IMG/VR virus record: IMGVR_UViG_2585427716_000002
Coordinates: 1 to 64,000 of that record
DNA length: 64,000 nt
Source of the DNA: a virus
Lineage: Duplodnaviria > Caudoviricetes
Strand: one strand, 5' to 3'
Positions within the stretch are counted from its first letter, which is position 1. Every line of letters starts with the position of its first letter. The notes beneath the pieces are model-generated. The model searched no databases. It saw only the letters and a list, made by a program, of their open reading frames with translations, and was not told where the DNA came from. The translations under genes were made by a program, and so were the position numbers. Below, one piece after another: positions 1 to 8,874 of this stretch.

Positions 1-134
1 CCTGTCAAGGTAGCGACAAGGTATTTTAGCTGGTTTAGTTTATCTAGGAGATACCTGAGAAAATGCGAGAAAGTCAGTGGTATCAAGGATTTGTCGAAAT
101 TAAAAATTAGTAGGTAGTACCTTATATAAAGATC

Positions 135-362
135 GTCACCAAACAGGTCACCAATATCGTCACCAATTTGGTCGCCACTGTTTTACCTCGTCGCCAAAGC
201 AAGTATGTAGTTTGGTCGCCACAAAACACCCCTTACAATGCTGATACAGCAGGGCTTTCGCTAATCCCCTTGAAAGGGGGTGATGAAATGGCGGTGACAA
301 GAACTACATCTAAAAAAGGAGTGGCGACGATGGCGACAATGGATAGTAATATAAAAGGTGAC
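135..362. repeat. Cluster of GTCRCCA(A) repeats: direct copies at 135,147,159,171,190,215 and inverted copies (TGGCGAC/GGTGAC) at 293,322,331,357
   Basis: Read directly; the first four copies have exact 12-bp periodicity next to an AT-rich tract (~100-130). Confidence 0.75.
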
Positions 363-818
363 ATTTCGATGGCATGTGTGATAGCAGCTTTAACTAAGAA
401 AGGGATAAGCGTTGCCGTACCGACAACAGACAACAAGAGATACGACTTAGTAATGGATTACAACGGGAAACTTTACCGTATGCAGGTCAAGACGATACTC
501 TACAAACCCGAAGAAAATGGTCTAATGGTGTTTAAAACAGTGAGTTCAAATTCAACTAAATCTAAAGGTTATTATGAAAGAAGATACCGACATGAGGAAA
601 TTGAGGGGTTTTTAGCTTACTGTTTGGAACTAGATAAGGTTTACTTGGCTTGGGTAGGTGAAGTCCCCTCCACTAAGTTTTTCATGAGGACATCAGAGAC
701 ACTAAACGGTCAGAAACAAAAGGTACGTTACTCTTACGAGTACGAGTTAGATAAAAAATTAGCAGAATTAGAAGGTGAATTTACTGCTGCTACTCTTATA
801 GAGAGTGTCAAAAAATGA
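288..818 (+). CDS. PD-(D/E)XK endonuclease (PDDEXK_5 / group I intron-associated type)
   Basis: KGDISMACVIAAL..KGISVAVP..DNKRYDLVMD...RMQVKT motif; RBS AAAGGGGGTG before ATG 288. Confidence 0.75.
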   Translation: MAVTRTTSKKGVATMATMDSNIKGDISMACVIAALTKKGISVAVPTTDNKRYDLVMDYNGKLYRMQVKTILYKPEENGLMVFKTVSSNSTKSKGYYERRYRHEEIEGFLAYCLELDKVYLAWVGEVPSTKFFMRTSETLNGQKQKVRYSYEYELDKKLAELEGEFTAATLIESVKK

Positions 819-831
819 CACTCTCTTTTTT
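800..831 (+). terminator. Intrinsic terminator
   Basis: AGAGAGTGTCA-aaaaa-TGACACTCTCT followed by a T run. Confidence 0.8.
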
Positions 832-842
832 ATGTCTAGCAT

Positions 843-1610
843 TTATTTTGATTTTTCAAAACGAATTTTTTCTTCTTTAATACCATCTATAATTACTTGC
901 ACTTCTTGGAGAGTATCTTTAATAGTTTGGCGGCACCCTTCATCAAGTTTCTCCCACCCCTTCTCCCTAATATGGTGATGGTAATTAAGTTCATTCTCTA
1001 ACTGCCAGGATTTCTCTAACTGTTCTATCGGTGTCCCAGGTTCCCCACCAAGGTGTATACCTAAAGCAATAACAAGCTCAGCAAATTTCTTTTTCTCCGT
1101 GATAGCGTCATACCGTAGAGAACTGGACCATTTTTCATAGAATTCTTGTATTTCGATAAGCCTCACTTGGAGATCTATATTCTGTACTCTGTCTAGATAA
1201 ACCCATTTATCCTTATCAAGCAGATCTACTTCAATTTTAACTTCCTCAGGATGTACATCCGTTCCTGCACAGCTCTTAATATTATTAGCCCTAGCATTGT
1301 AGGCTTTTTCGACATTTCGTGTGATCTTCTCCATCTCCATCTTTATCCTAACTAAACCAGGTAATTGCCCTACCCTTGTATCGTAACTATGTTTACTTAT
1401 CTCAGCATTCATCGTCATCCTCGCCACAATAAAAGCGACGACAGCACTTAGTATCCCACCGGAGTAGTTACCCCAAAATGAAAGCCAATCCCCTCCTTGG
1501 TATGTAAGCGGGGTAGTAAATTGAAATAGCGTGCTGTTTAAGATAAAAGGGACTAGCAGCACAGCGGCCAAAACAGCCAACCAAAAACCTTTTGTTTTAT
1601 TCAGTTTCAT
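843..1610 (-). CDS. Membrane-anchored hypothetical protein
   Basis: Two N-terminal hydrophobic segments (GDWLSFWGNYSGGILSAVVAFIV), 255 aa ORF. Confidence 0.7.
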   Translation of the reverse strand: MKLNKTKGFWLAVLAAVLLVPFILNSTLFQFTTPLTYQGGDWLSFWGNYSGGILSAVVAFIVARMTMNAEISKHSYDTRVGQLPGLVRIKMEMEKITRNVEKAYNARANNIKSCAGTDVHPEEVKIEVDLLDKDKWVYLDRVQNIDLQVRLIEIQEFYEKWSSSLRYDAITEKKKFAELVIALGIHLGGEPGTPIEQLEKSWQLENELNYHHHIREKGWEKLDEGCRQTIKDTLQEVQVIIDGIKEEKIRFEKSK

Positions 1611-1708
1611 GTTCCTTCGTACCTTTCCTTGTTTTTTTTATTATATATCCTTGAGAAGGTCAGCAGGGAAATTATATCTAAATATTTAATTTTTTAACTC
1701 TAAATCAC

Positions 1709-1737
1709 TTGACCTAGGTAAAGAGGTTTGGTATAAT
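1709..1737 (+). promoter_or_regulatory. SigA-type promoter
   Basis: TTGACC-17bp-TATAAT with extended TG. Confidence 0.8.
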
Positions 1738-1762
1738 AATAGTATAGAAAGGAGGTGCTAGA

Positions 1763-1906
1763 GTGGACGATCTAAGGAACATAGTTCTAATAATCGCTTC
1801 AATCGTCTCCATCATAAAACATATCTACGACATATGGCAGAAGGAGAATGAAAAGCGAGAAAAGAACAAGAAAAAGCGCTCCCGCCGGCAAAGCAAGAAG
1901 CGCTGA
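1763..1906 (+). CDS. Small type I toxin-like peptide (YonT-like), 47 aa, absent from ORF track
   Basis: RBS AAAGGAGGT; MDDLRNIVLIIASIVSIIKHIYDIWQKENEKREKNKKKRSRRQSKKR = one hydrophobic helix plus basic tail. Confidence 0.75.
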   Translation: MDDLRNIVLIIASIVSIIKHIYDIWQKENEKREKNKKKRSRRQSKKR

Positions 1907-1940
1907 TACAAAGTGAGCCAAGGGGAGAAATCCCCTTGCT
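1868..1940 (-). ncRNA. Putative antisense antitoxin RNA (SR6-like); ends approximate
   Basis: Minus-strand TGGTATAAT at 1954-1946 and a minus-strand hairpin AGCGCTTCTTGC...GCGGGAGCGCT plus T run overlapping the toxin 3' end. Confidence 0.55.
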
Positions 1941-1968
1941 CAAATATTATACCACGTCCACGGTATGT

Positions 1969-2169
1969 ATGAAAAATTATTTTAAACATTACAGTACATC
2001 AGATATATTCACTTTGATTATAATAATAGCAGGTATTGTGGCAATTAATATTGGAGAAGTCAGCACTATTGGAAAGATCGCATGTGTACTCCTATACCTC
2101 GCTGTAATTACCACTATACTGAAAGGTTTTATCCTTGTATGGAGGGAGAGGAAAAATGACCGAGGATGA
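1969..2169 (+). CDS. Small 2-TM membrane protein (YoyJ-like position downstream of toxin)
   Basis: Two hydrophobic segments; gene order matches a yonT-type locus. Confidence 0.6.
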   Translation: MKNYFKHYSTSDIFTLIIIIAGIVAINIGEVSTIGKIACVLLYLAVITTILKGFILVWRERKNDRG

Positions 2170-2386
2170 AAAAATAAAGTTTATTCAGGATGAGGTTTTA
2201 ACCGCAGTCGAAGTCCGGGAGTTACTTGATATTTCAAAACAACGCCTGAGTCAGATTGTAGACTCAGGCAAACTCAAACCAGTTAAAAAAGTAGGCTTGA
2301 TAAGCCTATACCTCCGAAGTCATGTTGAAGCTCAAAAGAAAGAAGCGGAGGCCAATCGAAAAAAATACCGACCTTACGACCAATAA
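2156..2386 (+). CDS. Helix-turn-helix DNA-binding protein (excisionase/MerR-like)
   Basis: LTAVEVRELLDISKQRLSQIVDSGKLKP motif; RBS GGAGGGAG. Confidence 0.75.
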   Translation: MTEDEKIKFIQDEVLTAVEVRELLDISKQRLSQIVDSGKLKPVKKVGLISLYLRSHVEAQKKEAEANRKKYRPYDQ

Positions 2387-2413
2387 AGCCCTACTCCTTC
2401 CGAGAAGGGTTTT

Positions 2414-2602
2414 TTATATTATCCAAACCTTTTTATCTTTATCCCATGACAGCTTACCTTTTATAATTAAATTTTTGGTTGCCTCCCTTATCCCCTCTTC
2501 TGTTTTTCCTGTCTTTCTTTTTAAGTCCTCTAATGATGGTGTTTTCCCGTATAGGTGCATGTTAACTATTATCTGATAAAGTTTTCTTTCAAAGTCATTC
2601 AT
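2414..2602 (-). CDS. Small winged-helix protein
   Basis: PSLEDLKRKTGKTEEGIREATKNLIIKGKLSW; RBS AGGGGTG. Confidence 0.6.
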   Translation of the reverse strand: MNDFERKLYQIIVNMHLYGKTPSLEDLKRKTGKTEEGIREATKNLIIKGKLSWDKDKKVWII

Positions 2603-2687
2603 GAGTCCATCCACCCCTAACTTTCAATTCCGCTACCAATTTAACCAGCAAACAGTTCAAAGTCAATACCCACCCGTCAAACATTTT

Positions 2688-2719
2688 CGCAACTACCTAT
2701 CCCCCTGTAGCGATCAATA
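2688..2719 (+). promoter_or_regulatory. Phage-specific promoter, class 1
   Basis: CGCAACT-N16-CGATCAATA; one of 12 copies. Confidence 0.8.
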
Positions 2720-2739
2720 TTCGTGAGAGGGGAGATCAG

Positions 2740-3558
2740 ATGATTGCCATTACGAAAAAATACTTAGAGCAGATGAATGCAAGCGCTAATGACAAGGTTC
2801 AAATGATTCAGTACATCGCCGGGGATACCGTCCTGGATGTCGGTATTGGTGGGGGTGTTTTAGGTAAGTTAATCCGCTCCCGCAAGCCATGTATAAACGT
2901 GATTGGCGTAGACAAGAAGATAAGTAGCCATACCGAGGATAGGCTAAGCTTCTACCACGATGTTTTCGAACTTGACGCACGTGATCTTCAAAAGGAAATT
3001 GAAGTCGGTGAAGTGGATACGGTTATTTTCTCATCCGTACTCCATGAGGTTTTTTCATACAACGGCTACTCCATTGAAGCGGTATACGAAGCGTTAAAAA
3101 GTGCATACAACATTATCCCTAAGGGCGGGCGTATTATCATCAGAGATGGTGTGAAAATGGAAGACAACAGCAAAGTCCTAATTAAATTTAAAAACCCGAA
3201 CGACTTGCAAAAAGCGGCACAATTCGCAACGGACTTTAAAGCAAGACAGATCGAATTGACCATAGGGGACTACGATTCAGTTACTATGCCGATGAACGAC
3301 GCTATGGAATTCCTTTACACATACACTTGGGGAGACAAGGATTATAAACGTGAAGTTAAAGAGCAATACGGTCTCTTTACACCTAAAGAGTATATAGCAG
3401 CTGTTAAGGATTTACTCGATCTAGAGCTGGTAACATACAACCACTATTTACAAGAAGGGCATAATCGTCACTTATCTAGAAAGGTGGAGCTATTTGATGA
3501 GAAGGGGCGCCGAACTCGTTTTCCTGACTCCAACATCTTATTAGTTTTTCAAAAGTAG
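2740..3558 (+). CDS. Class I SAM-dependent methyltransferase
   Basis: VLDVGIGGG motif I, DTVIFSSVLHE, GGRIIIRD. Confidence 0.85.
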   Translation: MIAITKKYLEQMNASANDKVQMIQYIAGDTVLDVGIGGGVLGKLIRSRKPCINVIGVDKKISSHTEDRLSFYHDVFELDARDLQKEIEVGEVDTVIFSSVLHEVFSYNGYSIEAVYEALKSAYNIIPKGGRIIIRDGVKMEDNSKVLIKFKNPNDLQKAAQFATDFKARQIELTIGDYDSVTMPMNDAMEFLYTYTWGDKDYKREVKEQYGLFTPKEYIAAVKDLLDLELVTYNHYLQEGHNRHLSRKVELFDEKGRRTRFPDSNILLVFQK

Positions 3559-3618
3559 GCGATTAATACAAAGAATAGCGAGTTACTGAATTAGAATAAC
3601 TAAGGTGGTTAACCAACA

Positions 3619-4023
3619 ATGGATAAATATTTTGAGTGGTGGGGAGTTACCCTAACTGGAAACCATAAAGCAGTGAGTGTTTTAAGTGATCTATTAGATA
3701 TAAATAAAGCATTGTTCGAGAACCTCTACAAAGTGCAAGAAAACACAATTGAAGAGCTTGTAGACAAACTATATGAGCAGGTCCCTGATTATGAGAAGTT
3801 GTTCTTGAATTTTGTCAATGAACAACTCCCTAATTTGAGGAGGCACTTACAATGCGAGCTACCTTCTAGTCCACAGCTAATATCCAGCATAGAATATGAA
3901 ATTTATATATCTAGTGCTGAAATTGATTGCGAATATCCTTTTGACACTAGGGGTTGTATTATTACTTTCTTTCAACGAGTGCCAGAAATTATTGATTCGT
4001 ACGAGGAGGGGCTCAGTTGTTAA
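3619..4023 (+). CDS. Hypothetical phage protein
   Basis: ORF with RBS AAGGTGG. Confidence 0.6.
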   Translation: MDKYFEWWGVTLTGNHKAVSVLSDLLDINKALFENLYKVQENTIEELVDKLYEQVPDYEKLFLNFVNEQLPNLRRHLQCELPSSPQLISSIEYEIYISSAEIDCEYPFDTRGCIITFFQRVPEIIDSYEEGLSC

Positions 4024-4373
4024 TAAAGCTATTTTCTTGGATTTCAGGTATAAGTGCTACTGGGTTACTTCTAGCTTTGTACACAACTGGATTCTTTTCT
4101 TCTTATGCCTGGCAACATAAAAAGCGGTATATTCAAATTTGGTTTAAGTTTCACACCCTTGTAACCAAGAGGTCTAAAGGCAAACACCTATGGTATTTCT
4201 TCACCCGGAAGTGCCCCCGCTGTAAACATAGAGGACATCTAAAATTGATTCACCAGAATTGTGCATATGTGGACGAACTCTCCAACTATTATTGGATGTG
4301 TGATTGCTGCCATGAAGAAATCCATGATATGTATCAGGATTGGTGGGACGAATACAACGCTGGGAGGTTTTAA
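4017..4373 (+). CDS. Hypothetical protein, N-terminal TM plus CxxC..CxxC zinc ribbon
   Basis: CPRC and CDCC motifs; overlaps upstream stop. Confidence 0.55.
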   Translation: MLIKLFSWISGISATGLLLALYTTGFFSSYAWQHKKRYIQIWFKFHTLVTKRSKGKHLWYFFTRKCPRCKHRGHLKLIHQNCAYVDELSNYYWMCDCCHEEIHDMYQDWWDEYNAGRF

Positions 4374-4374
4374 G

Positions 4375-4674
4375 GTGGTTGGGAATCGGATAGGTGTATT
4401 TATTGATTTTCTCCGTGCAGGCAATGAAGTTGTGGTCGATGGCCACACCTATGTTTGGTTAGATAACCACGTGAGTATGGAAACAGAGACCCACCAATAC
4501 ATTATTGATGGGCTAGCTATCAAGACATACCCTTGGAATAACCAAAAAGATACTGTCCATTATATTGGAGCCTCAAGGAAAACATTGGATGATTTAATTG
4601 ATTTAGTCAATAAAATTGATTATCACGAATTTGTCCGCATGTACACGGAACTTTTAAGATCTGGTCACAGATAA
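4375..4674 (+). CDS. Hypothetical phage protein
   Basis: RBS GGGAGG before GTG 4375. Confidence 0.55.
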   Translation: MVGNRIGVFIDFLRAGNEVVVDGHTYVWLDNHVSMETETHQYIIDGLAIKTYPWNNQKDTVHYIGASRKTLDDLIDLVNKIDYHEFVRMYTELLRSGHR

Positions 4675-4710
4675 CTTAAAGAATACGACGTAAATAAGGG
4701 AGGGCTTCAA

Positions 4711-5232
4711 ATGCCTAAAACATGGATTGTAGCTGATACACATTTTAATCACAGTAACATCATTCTTTATGAGAACCGCCCTTTCAAAGACAATGATGAG
4801 ATGAACAAGGAACTCATCAAACGCTGGAATGAAACGGTAGCCCCTGAGGACACCGTCTACCATTTAGGGGATGTATCCTTTGGAGGAAGAGCTATTCGTG
4901 ACAGTATCCTACCCCATTTAAACGGATATAAAATACTTCGTCTCGGAAACCATGACTACCGGACCTCTAAGCCCCAATGGCTTAAATACTTCGATGAAGT
5001 TTACGAGGATGATATCCTGCTTGACGATTTATGCCTATCACACTATCCCCTTGATGAGGAAGTACACGCCAAACTATCATTCACCGGGCTAATTAAAGGC
5101 AATGTTCACGGCCACGTCCACTCTCAAATCGACGGACTTGACCAAACCAAATATAAATGTGTATCAGTTGAATTGACCGACTACCGTCCAATTGACTTTG
5201 AAATTATTAAAGCACATTTTGGGGTGATCTAA
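4711..5232 (+). CDS. Calcineurin-like metallophosphoesterase
   Basis: DTHFNH, HLGD, GNHD, HGHVH motifs. Confidence 0.9.
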   Translation: MPKTWIVADTHFNHSNIILYENRPFKDNDEMNKELIKRWNETVAPEDTVYHLGDVSFGGRAIRDSILPHLNGYKILRLGNHDYRTSKPQWLKYFDEVYEDDILLDDLCLSHYPLDEEVHAKLSFTGLIKGNVHGHVHSQIDGLDQTKYKCVSVELTDYRPIDFEIIKAHFGVI

Positions 5233-5435
5233 TGAACAGGTATGGAGATACATTAACCAAGATAAGCACCCTAGAGGTAGGTACTAAATTTTATGTGGTA
5301 AACGGTGCATGGGACGGAGAAGTAGTAGAAAAAGACGGGATTAAGCAGCTCATTGTTGGTAGAGGGCGTACCATCCCTTTAACAGGAAAGAACGCTGAAT
5401 ACGAACTTTATATCGACATTAAAAAGAACGCCTAG
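5232..5435 (+). CDS. Small hypothetical protein
   Basis: Coupled start/stop overlap, 67 aa. Confidence 0.6.
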   Translation: MNRYGDTLTKISTLEVGTKFYVVNGAWDGEVVEKDGIKQLIVGRGRTIPLTGKNAEYELYIDIKKNA

Positions 5436-5452
5436 TTTAAGGCGTTCTTTTT
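5421..5452. terminator. Bidirectional terminator
   Basis: AAAAAGAACGCC-tagtttaa-GGCGTTCTTTTT between convergent genes. Confidence 0.85.
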
Positions 5453-5454
5453 CA

Positions 5455-6246
5455 TTACTCTTCGGTACCTCTTTCTTCAATCTTTAGGTTATGTTTGATT
5501 TGCTCCCACTCTTCGTCTACCTCAGGCTTAATCTTAGAAAAGATCTTAGTGGACTGCTTAACACCTGAATATGCTTTTGCTGACTCATACTTAACAAAGC
5601 AATCAATTATTCGGGCGGAGATACTCTTTTCATTAGTTCCGTCCTGCCCTCTCTGTAGAAAAATATTATACAAGCAATTGTAGATATCCTCGTGCTTTTT
5701 ACGAAGAACCTCTAACTTAAAATATGCAGAAAGTAATGTGCTGGCAAAAAGCGTCTGAGCAATTATAGAAATAAACTCTATATCAGTATTCCTAATCATT
5801 AGGGAGACCACCCAAACTAATCCTAAGAGAATCATTTTCCATCTTTCTTGCTTAGCCATCTCAGCAGTTACCCTAGAGGAGAACAGAGAACTTTCAAGGA
5901 TATTTGCCCCCAACTTTAGCAGCGACGGTTCTAAGGTGTTGTTATAATACTTATTTGTTCTTTCGTTGTCTAAAGGGACACCGAAAGAGTTTGTAAGTGT
6001 GTGGGTTCTTCTTTTCTCTTCTACCGAGGGGATTAAACTTATCCCCAAATAATTGTCCACTGCAAAATAAAGCAGTGTAGTAATTATGACTAAGCCGGTT
6101 AAAACACTATTGGCCCAATCATAATTATCTAAAAAGTACACAGCTACAGTTAAAACAACGTTAATCCAAAAAAGGACCTTCGATAATAAGTCGATTTTAT
6201 TTATAGGTTTGTAGTGTCTATCCAAGGAATCAATACGGTCACTCAT
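5455..6246 (-). CDS. CBASS membrane effector, SMODS-associated 4TM (S-4TM)-like
   Basis: Four hydrophobic segments in 2+2 layout, immediately downstream of a CD-NTase. Confidence 0.7.
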   Translation of the reverse strand: MSDRIDSLDRHYKPINKIDLLSKVLFWINVVLTVAVYFLDNYDWANSVLTGLVIITTLLYFAVDNYLGISLIPSVEEKRRTHTLTNSFGVPLDNERTNKYYNNTLEPSLLKLGANILESSLFSSRVTAEMAKQERWKMILLGLVWVVSLMIRNTDIEFISIIAQTLFASTLLSAYFKLEVLRKKHEDIYNCLYNIFLQRGQDGTNEKSISARIIDCFVKYESAKAYSGVKQSTKIFSKIKPEVDEEWEQIKHNLKIEERGTEE

Positions 6247-6257
6247 GAATTACTCTC

Positions 6258-7055
6258 CTATAGCTCAGGGAATAGTTTTTTGATTTCGGTCTCTGCTAAT
6301 CCAGGGTAGGCCGATAATTCATATGCTTTGCAGTTACTTACCGCCTTTTTGGCAGAATCTAACCGATCTTTAAAAGTCTGACTATCGTTATAATTATAAT
6401 TTAGACCTTCAATGCTATCATACACATATTCCTTTAAAGACGATTTAGTGAAAAAACTGTATCGATTCACTAACCACTTCTCTAATAAATAAGACGAGTA
6501 GTAACCCTTCAACTTATTAGTATTCCAGTATTTCATCAACCTAATTAACGGTTTTAATTGATAATTATTGTGGACATTCGCAGTTGATAGGTCTGAATTA
6601 AATCCCCCAGGGTCTGTTGAAGTCCATTCTAAAAAGTCAGTAGCTGGGGCAGGGATTGAAAGGTTTCCCCAATCATCCTTTACTGCGGGAACTAATTCAA
6701 ACTTAATGTGGTTTAGCTCAAGCACCATAGTAGGGCTGCTCTGGTAAATTTCAGACCTAGAGTAGTATTTCTCCATAAATTCCTTGAGGTATTTTAATAA
6801 TGTTTGAGGTTTGTACCCATTCGGATTCTTGAAGACAACCATGTAGTCTACATCAGACCCTGAGTCTGCACTCCTTGGGAGAATTGTACCTCTTGTACTT
6901 GACCCAAATCGGAAATGTTCATGCAAATCATTGCTGTCAAAGTACCAGTTGAGATATTTACTCAAGGTGTTGATCGATTTCTTTATACTTTCGTTTTCGA
7001 TCGATGATAGTACGAGATTACTTGATAGTGTTGTTAAATACGTATTTACTGACAT
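6258..7055 (-). CDS. cGAS/DncV-like nucleotidyltransferase (SMODS CD-NTase, CBASS)
   Basis: FGSSTRGTILPR...SDVDYMVVF, FELVPA, TDP, LIRLMKYWN, SSYLLE motifs; RBS AGGGGGAAAGG before ATG 7055. Confidence 0.9.
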   Translation of the reverse strand: MSVNTYLTTLSSNLVLSSIENESIKKSINTLSKYLNWYFDSNDLHEHFRFGSSTRGTILPRSADSGSDVDYMVVFKNPNGYKPQTLLKYLKEFMEKYYSRSEIYQSSPTMVLELNHIKFELVPAVKDDWGNLSIPAPATDFLEWTSTDPGGFNSDLSTANVHNNYQLKPLIRLMKYWNTNKLKGYYSSYLLEKWLVNRYSFFTKSSLKEYVYDSIEGLNYNYNDSQTFKDRLDSAKKAVSNCKAYELSAYPGLAETEIKKLFPEL

Positions 7056-7103
7056 GCCTTTCCCCCTAATTGTTTTGTTTTTCTCGTTTACCGCCAATAA
7101 CCC

Positions 7104-7136
7104 AAAAATAAGATCGCCTAATTAAAGACGATCTTA
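7104..7136 (-). terminator. Terminator-like hairpin directly upstream of the CD-NTase gene
   Basis: Minus strand AAGATCGTC-tttaatta-GGCGATCTT-ATTTTT. Confidence 0.6.
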
Positions 7137-7321
7137 CTTAGAGCTATAATTGAGAATTTATCGCAAAAACCAGTTTCAGAAATCTTCAAACAACTCCGTT
7201 GATTAACTGCCTCTTACGGTAAATCTAAGATAAACTTGGCAATTTTTACGAGATTTCTAGTCTATCCATACTATACCATATTTATGGCCTAAGATTCAAT
7301 CTCTTCCTTTTCTTCCCGTAA

Positions 7322-7456
7322 ACAAAAAAAAAAACAGACCTCCCTTGAGCCCTCAGAAAGTTCAGGGAATGGTCTATCTCAACTAAGAACCAATGAGCAA
7401 GCCCTTAGATGGGCAGCTTTTTGTACATAGCCGGGGTGTTGGTAGCACCCTGACGT
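7322..7456 (-). ncRNA. BsrG/BsrE/BsrH-family type I antitoxin-like sRNA, no intact toxin ORF seen
   Basis: TTGAAA-17-TAAGAT promoter (7489-7461); GGGGTGTTGGTAGCACCC and AGACCTCCCTTGAGC...GGGAATGGTCT hairpins typical of these loci; long U tract. Confidence 0.55.
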
Positions 7457-7740
7457 CTTTATCTTACAGCAAATTATTTTAATTTTCAACAATTTCTCTT
7501 TATAAAAGCTAAGCAAGAAAATAAAAAGGGTTCTATGAACGCCTCTCTTTTCATCAGTCAGCAGTAATTTGTAGTTGAATAATTACAAAACCTATTGCTT
7601 GTGACAACCTCACACAATGTCTCTCACTTTATGTTTTTAACTGTTTTAAAATTTCCGACAATGTGTGAGTATTTTCTCTTTACATTTCTTTCCTGCAATG
7701 TAACTATATAAATAAATAGGACAAGAAAGGGGTTTGCGAC

Positions 7741-8874
7741 TTGGGTACTGAGAAAGTAATCCCTTATGACTTAGTGGCAACTAAAATGAATCACTGGTAT
7801 GTAGCATTAAAGAATAACTGGGTTGCCAAGGCTGAGCAGATGAGGGATGAAGTCAAGGAAGAAATCGAGCTTATGGAGGAAAACCAAGACGCCGTCGTTT
7901 ACTACCAACTATTGAAATTCCGTCATGAATTAATGCTGGACTATCTCCATCCTGACAATGTCAGAGATATAGAGAAACAGTATGAAAGGCTAAGGGAACT
8001 GAAAAGTAACAACCAGAACCTCACAGGAATTTTAGAATACTATTTTTATTTTTTTATGGGGATGTACTATTTCAGGCAGCATGAATTGGTCTTCTCATTA
8101 AACTGTTACAGACAAGCTGAAAAATGTCTTGAAACAATTGAAGGAGAAGAAGTTGAAAAAGCGGAAGCTTATTTTAAATTGGCCGAAGTTTATTACCACA
8201 TGAAGCAGACATACTTCTCCATGAACTATGCGAAACGTGCTTATGACATATACTGCAAGTATCCGACATACGGTATAAGACAAGTACATTGTCAATTCGT
8301 TATTTCAGGTAACTGGTTAGATAACATGCGGCATGAAGAGGCATTAAAACACGCCGAACAGGCCCTAGAGGACGCTGAAAAACTTGGCGAAAATTATTTG
8401 ATACGCAAGGCACTTTTTAACATTGGAATATGTTATGATAAACTTGAAGAACCTTCAAAAGCTTCCCTTTATTACACTAAATCCCTTAAAATTGAAGAAC
8501 CTGAGAATCTGAGTTATGAAGCTAGAGCTTATTTCATGCTCGCATTTAACGAAGGGAAGCAGGAAAACCCTAAAAAAGCTAGGGAGTTCTATGATAAGTC
8601 TAAACAAAAAGCCTTAAAGTGCAATGAAAAAATTGTATTGGCTAAGCTAAAAATGGTTGAGGGCCTATACTTATCAAATTCCTTGGATCTTGTAAGGGAA
8701 ACTTTCCAGTTCTTCGAAGAAACAAGCATGTACCCGGACATGGAGTGGTACGGGGTGTACGTCGGTGACTACTTGTCCGCCAAGAATGAACTCAAAGGTG
8801 CGACTGAGTTTTACCGAAAAGCTATTGACGCACGTATAAAAATCCAACGAGGTGAGCTGTTACATGAAATCTAA
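7741..8874 (+). CDS. rap: Rap-family response regulator aspartate phosphatase (TPR)
   Basis: IPYDLVATKMNHWY, MEENQDAVVYYQLL.FRH, TPR repeats, 377 aa, overlapping phr. Confidence 0.92.
   Translation: MGTEKVIPYDLVATKMNHWYVALKNNWVAKAEQMRDEVKEEIELMEENQDAVVYYQLLKFRHELMLDYLHPDNVRDIEKQYERLRELKSNNQNLTGILEYYFYFFMGMYYFRQHELVFSLNCYRQAEKCLETIEGEEVEKAEAYFKLAEVYYHMKQTYFSMNYAKRAYDIYCKYPTYGIRQVHCQFVISGNWLDNMRHEEALKHAEQALEDAEKLGENYLIRKALFNIGICYDKLEEPSKASLYYTKSLKIEEPENLSYEARAYFMLAFNEGKQENPKKAREFYDKSKQKALKCNEKIVLAKLKMVEGLYLSNSLDLVRETFQFFEETSMYPDMEWYGVYVGDYLSAKNELKGATEFYRKAIDARIKIQRGELLHEI

Noticed and set aside
135-221. Short direct repeats as a CRISPR array
   Set aside because: Repeats are 7-8 bp with 4-17 bp gaps, far from CRISPR dimensions, and no cas operon is present
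288-818. Group I intron around the PD-(D/E)XK endonuclease
   Set aside because: No interrupted host gene or recognisable intron core; the ORF has its own RBS and terminator
7324-7334. Poly-A tract as a phase-variation switch
   Set aside because: Best explained as the U-tract of the minus-strand sRNA terminator; it is not inside an intact ORF or promoter spacer
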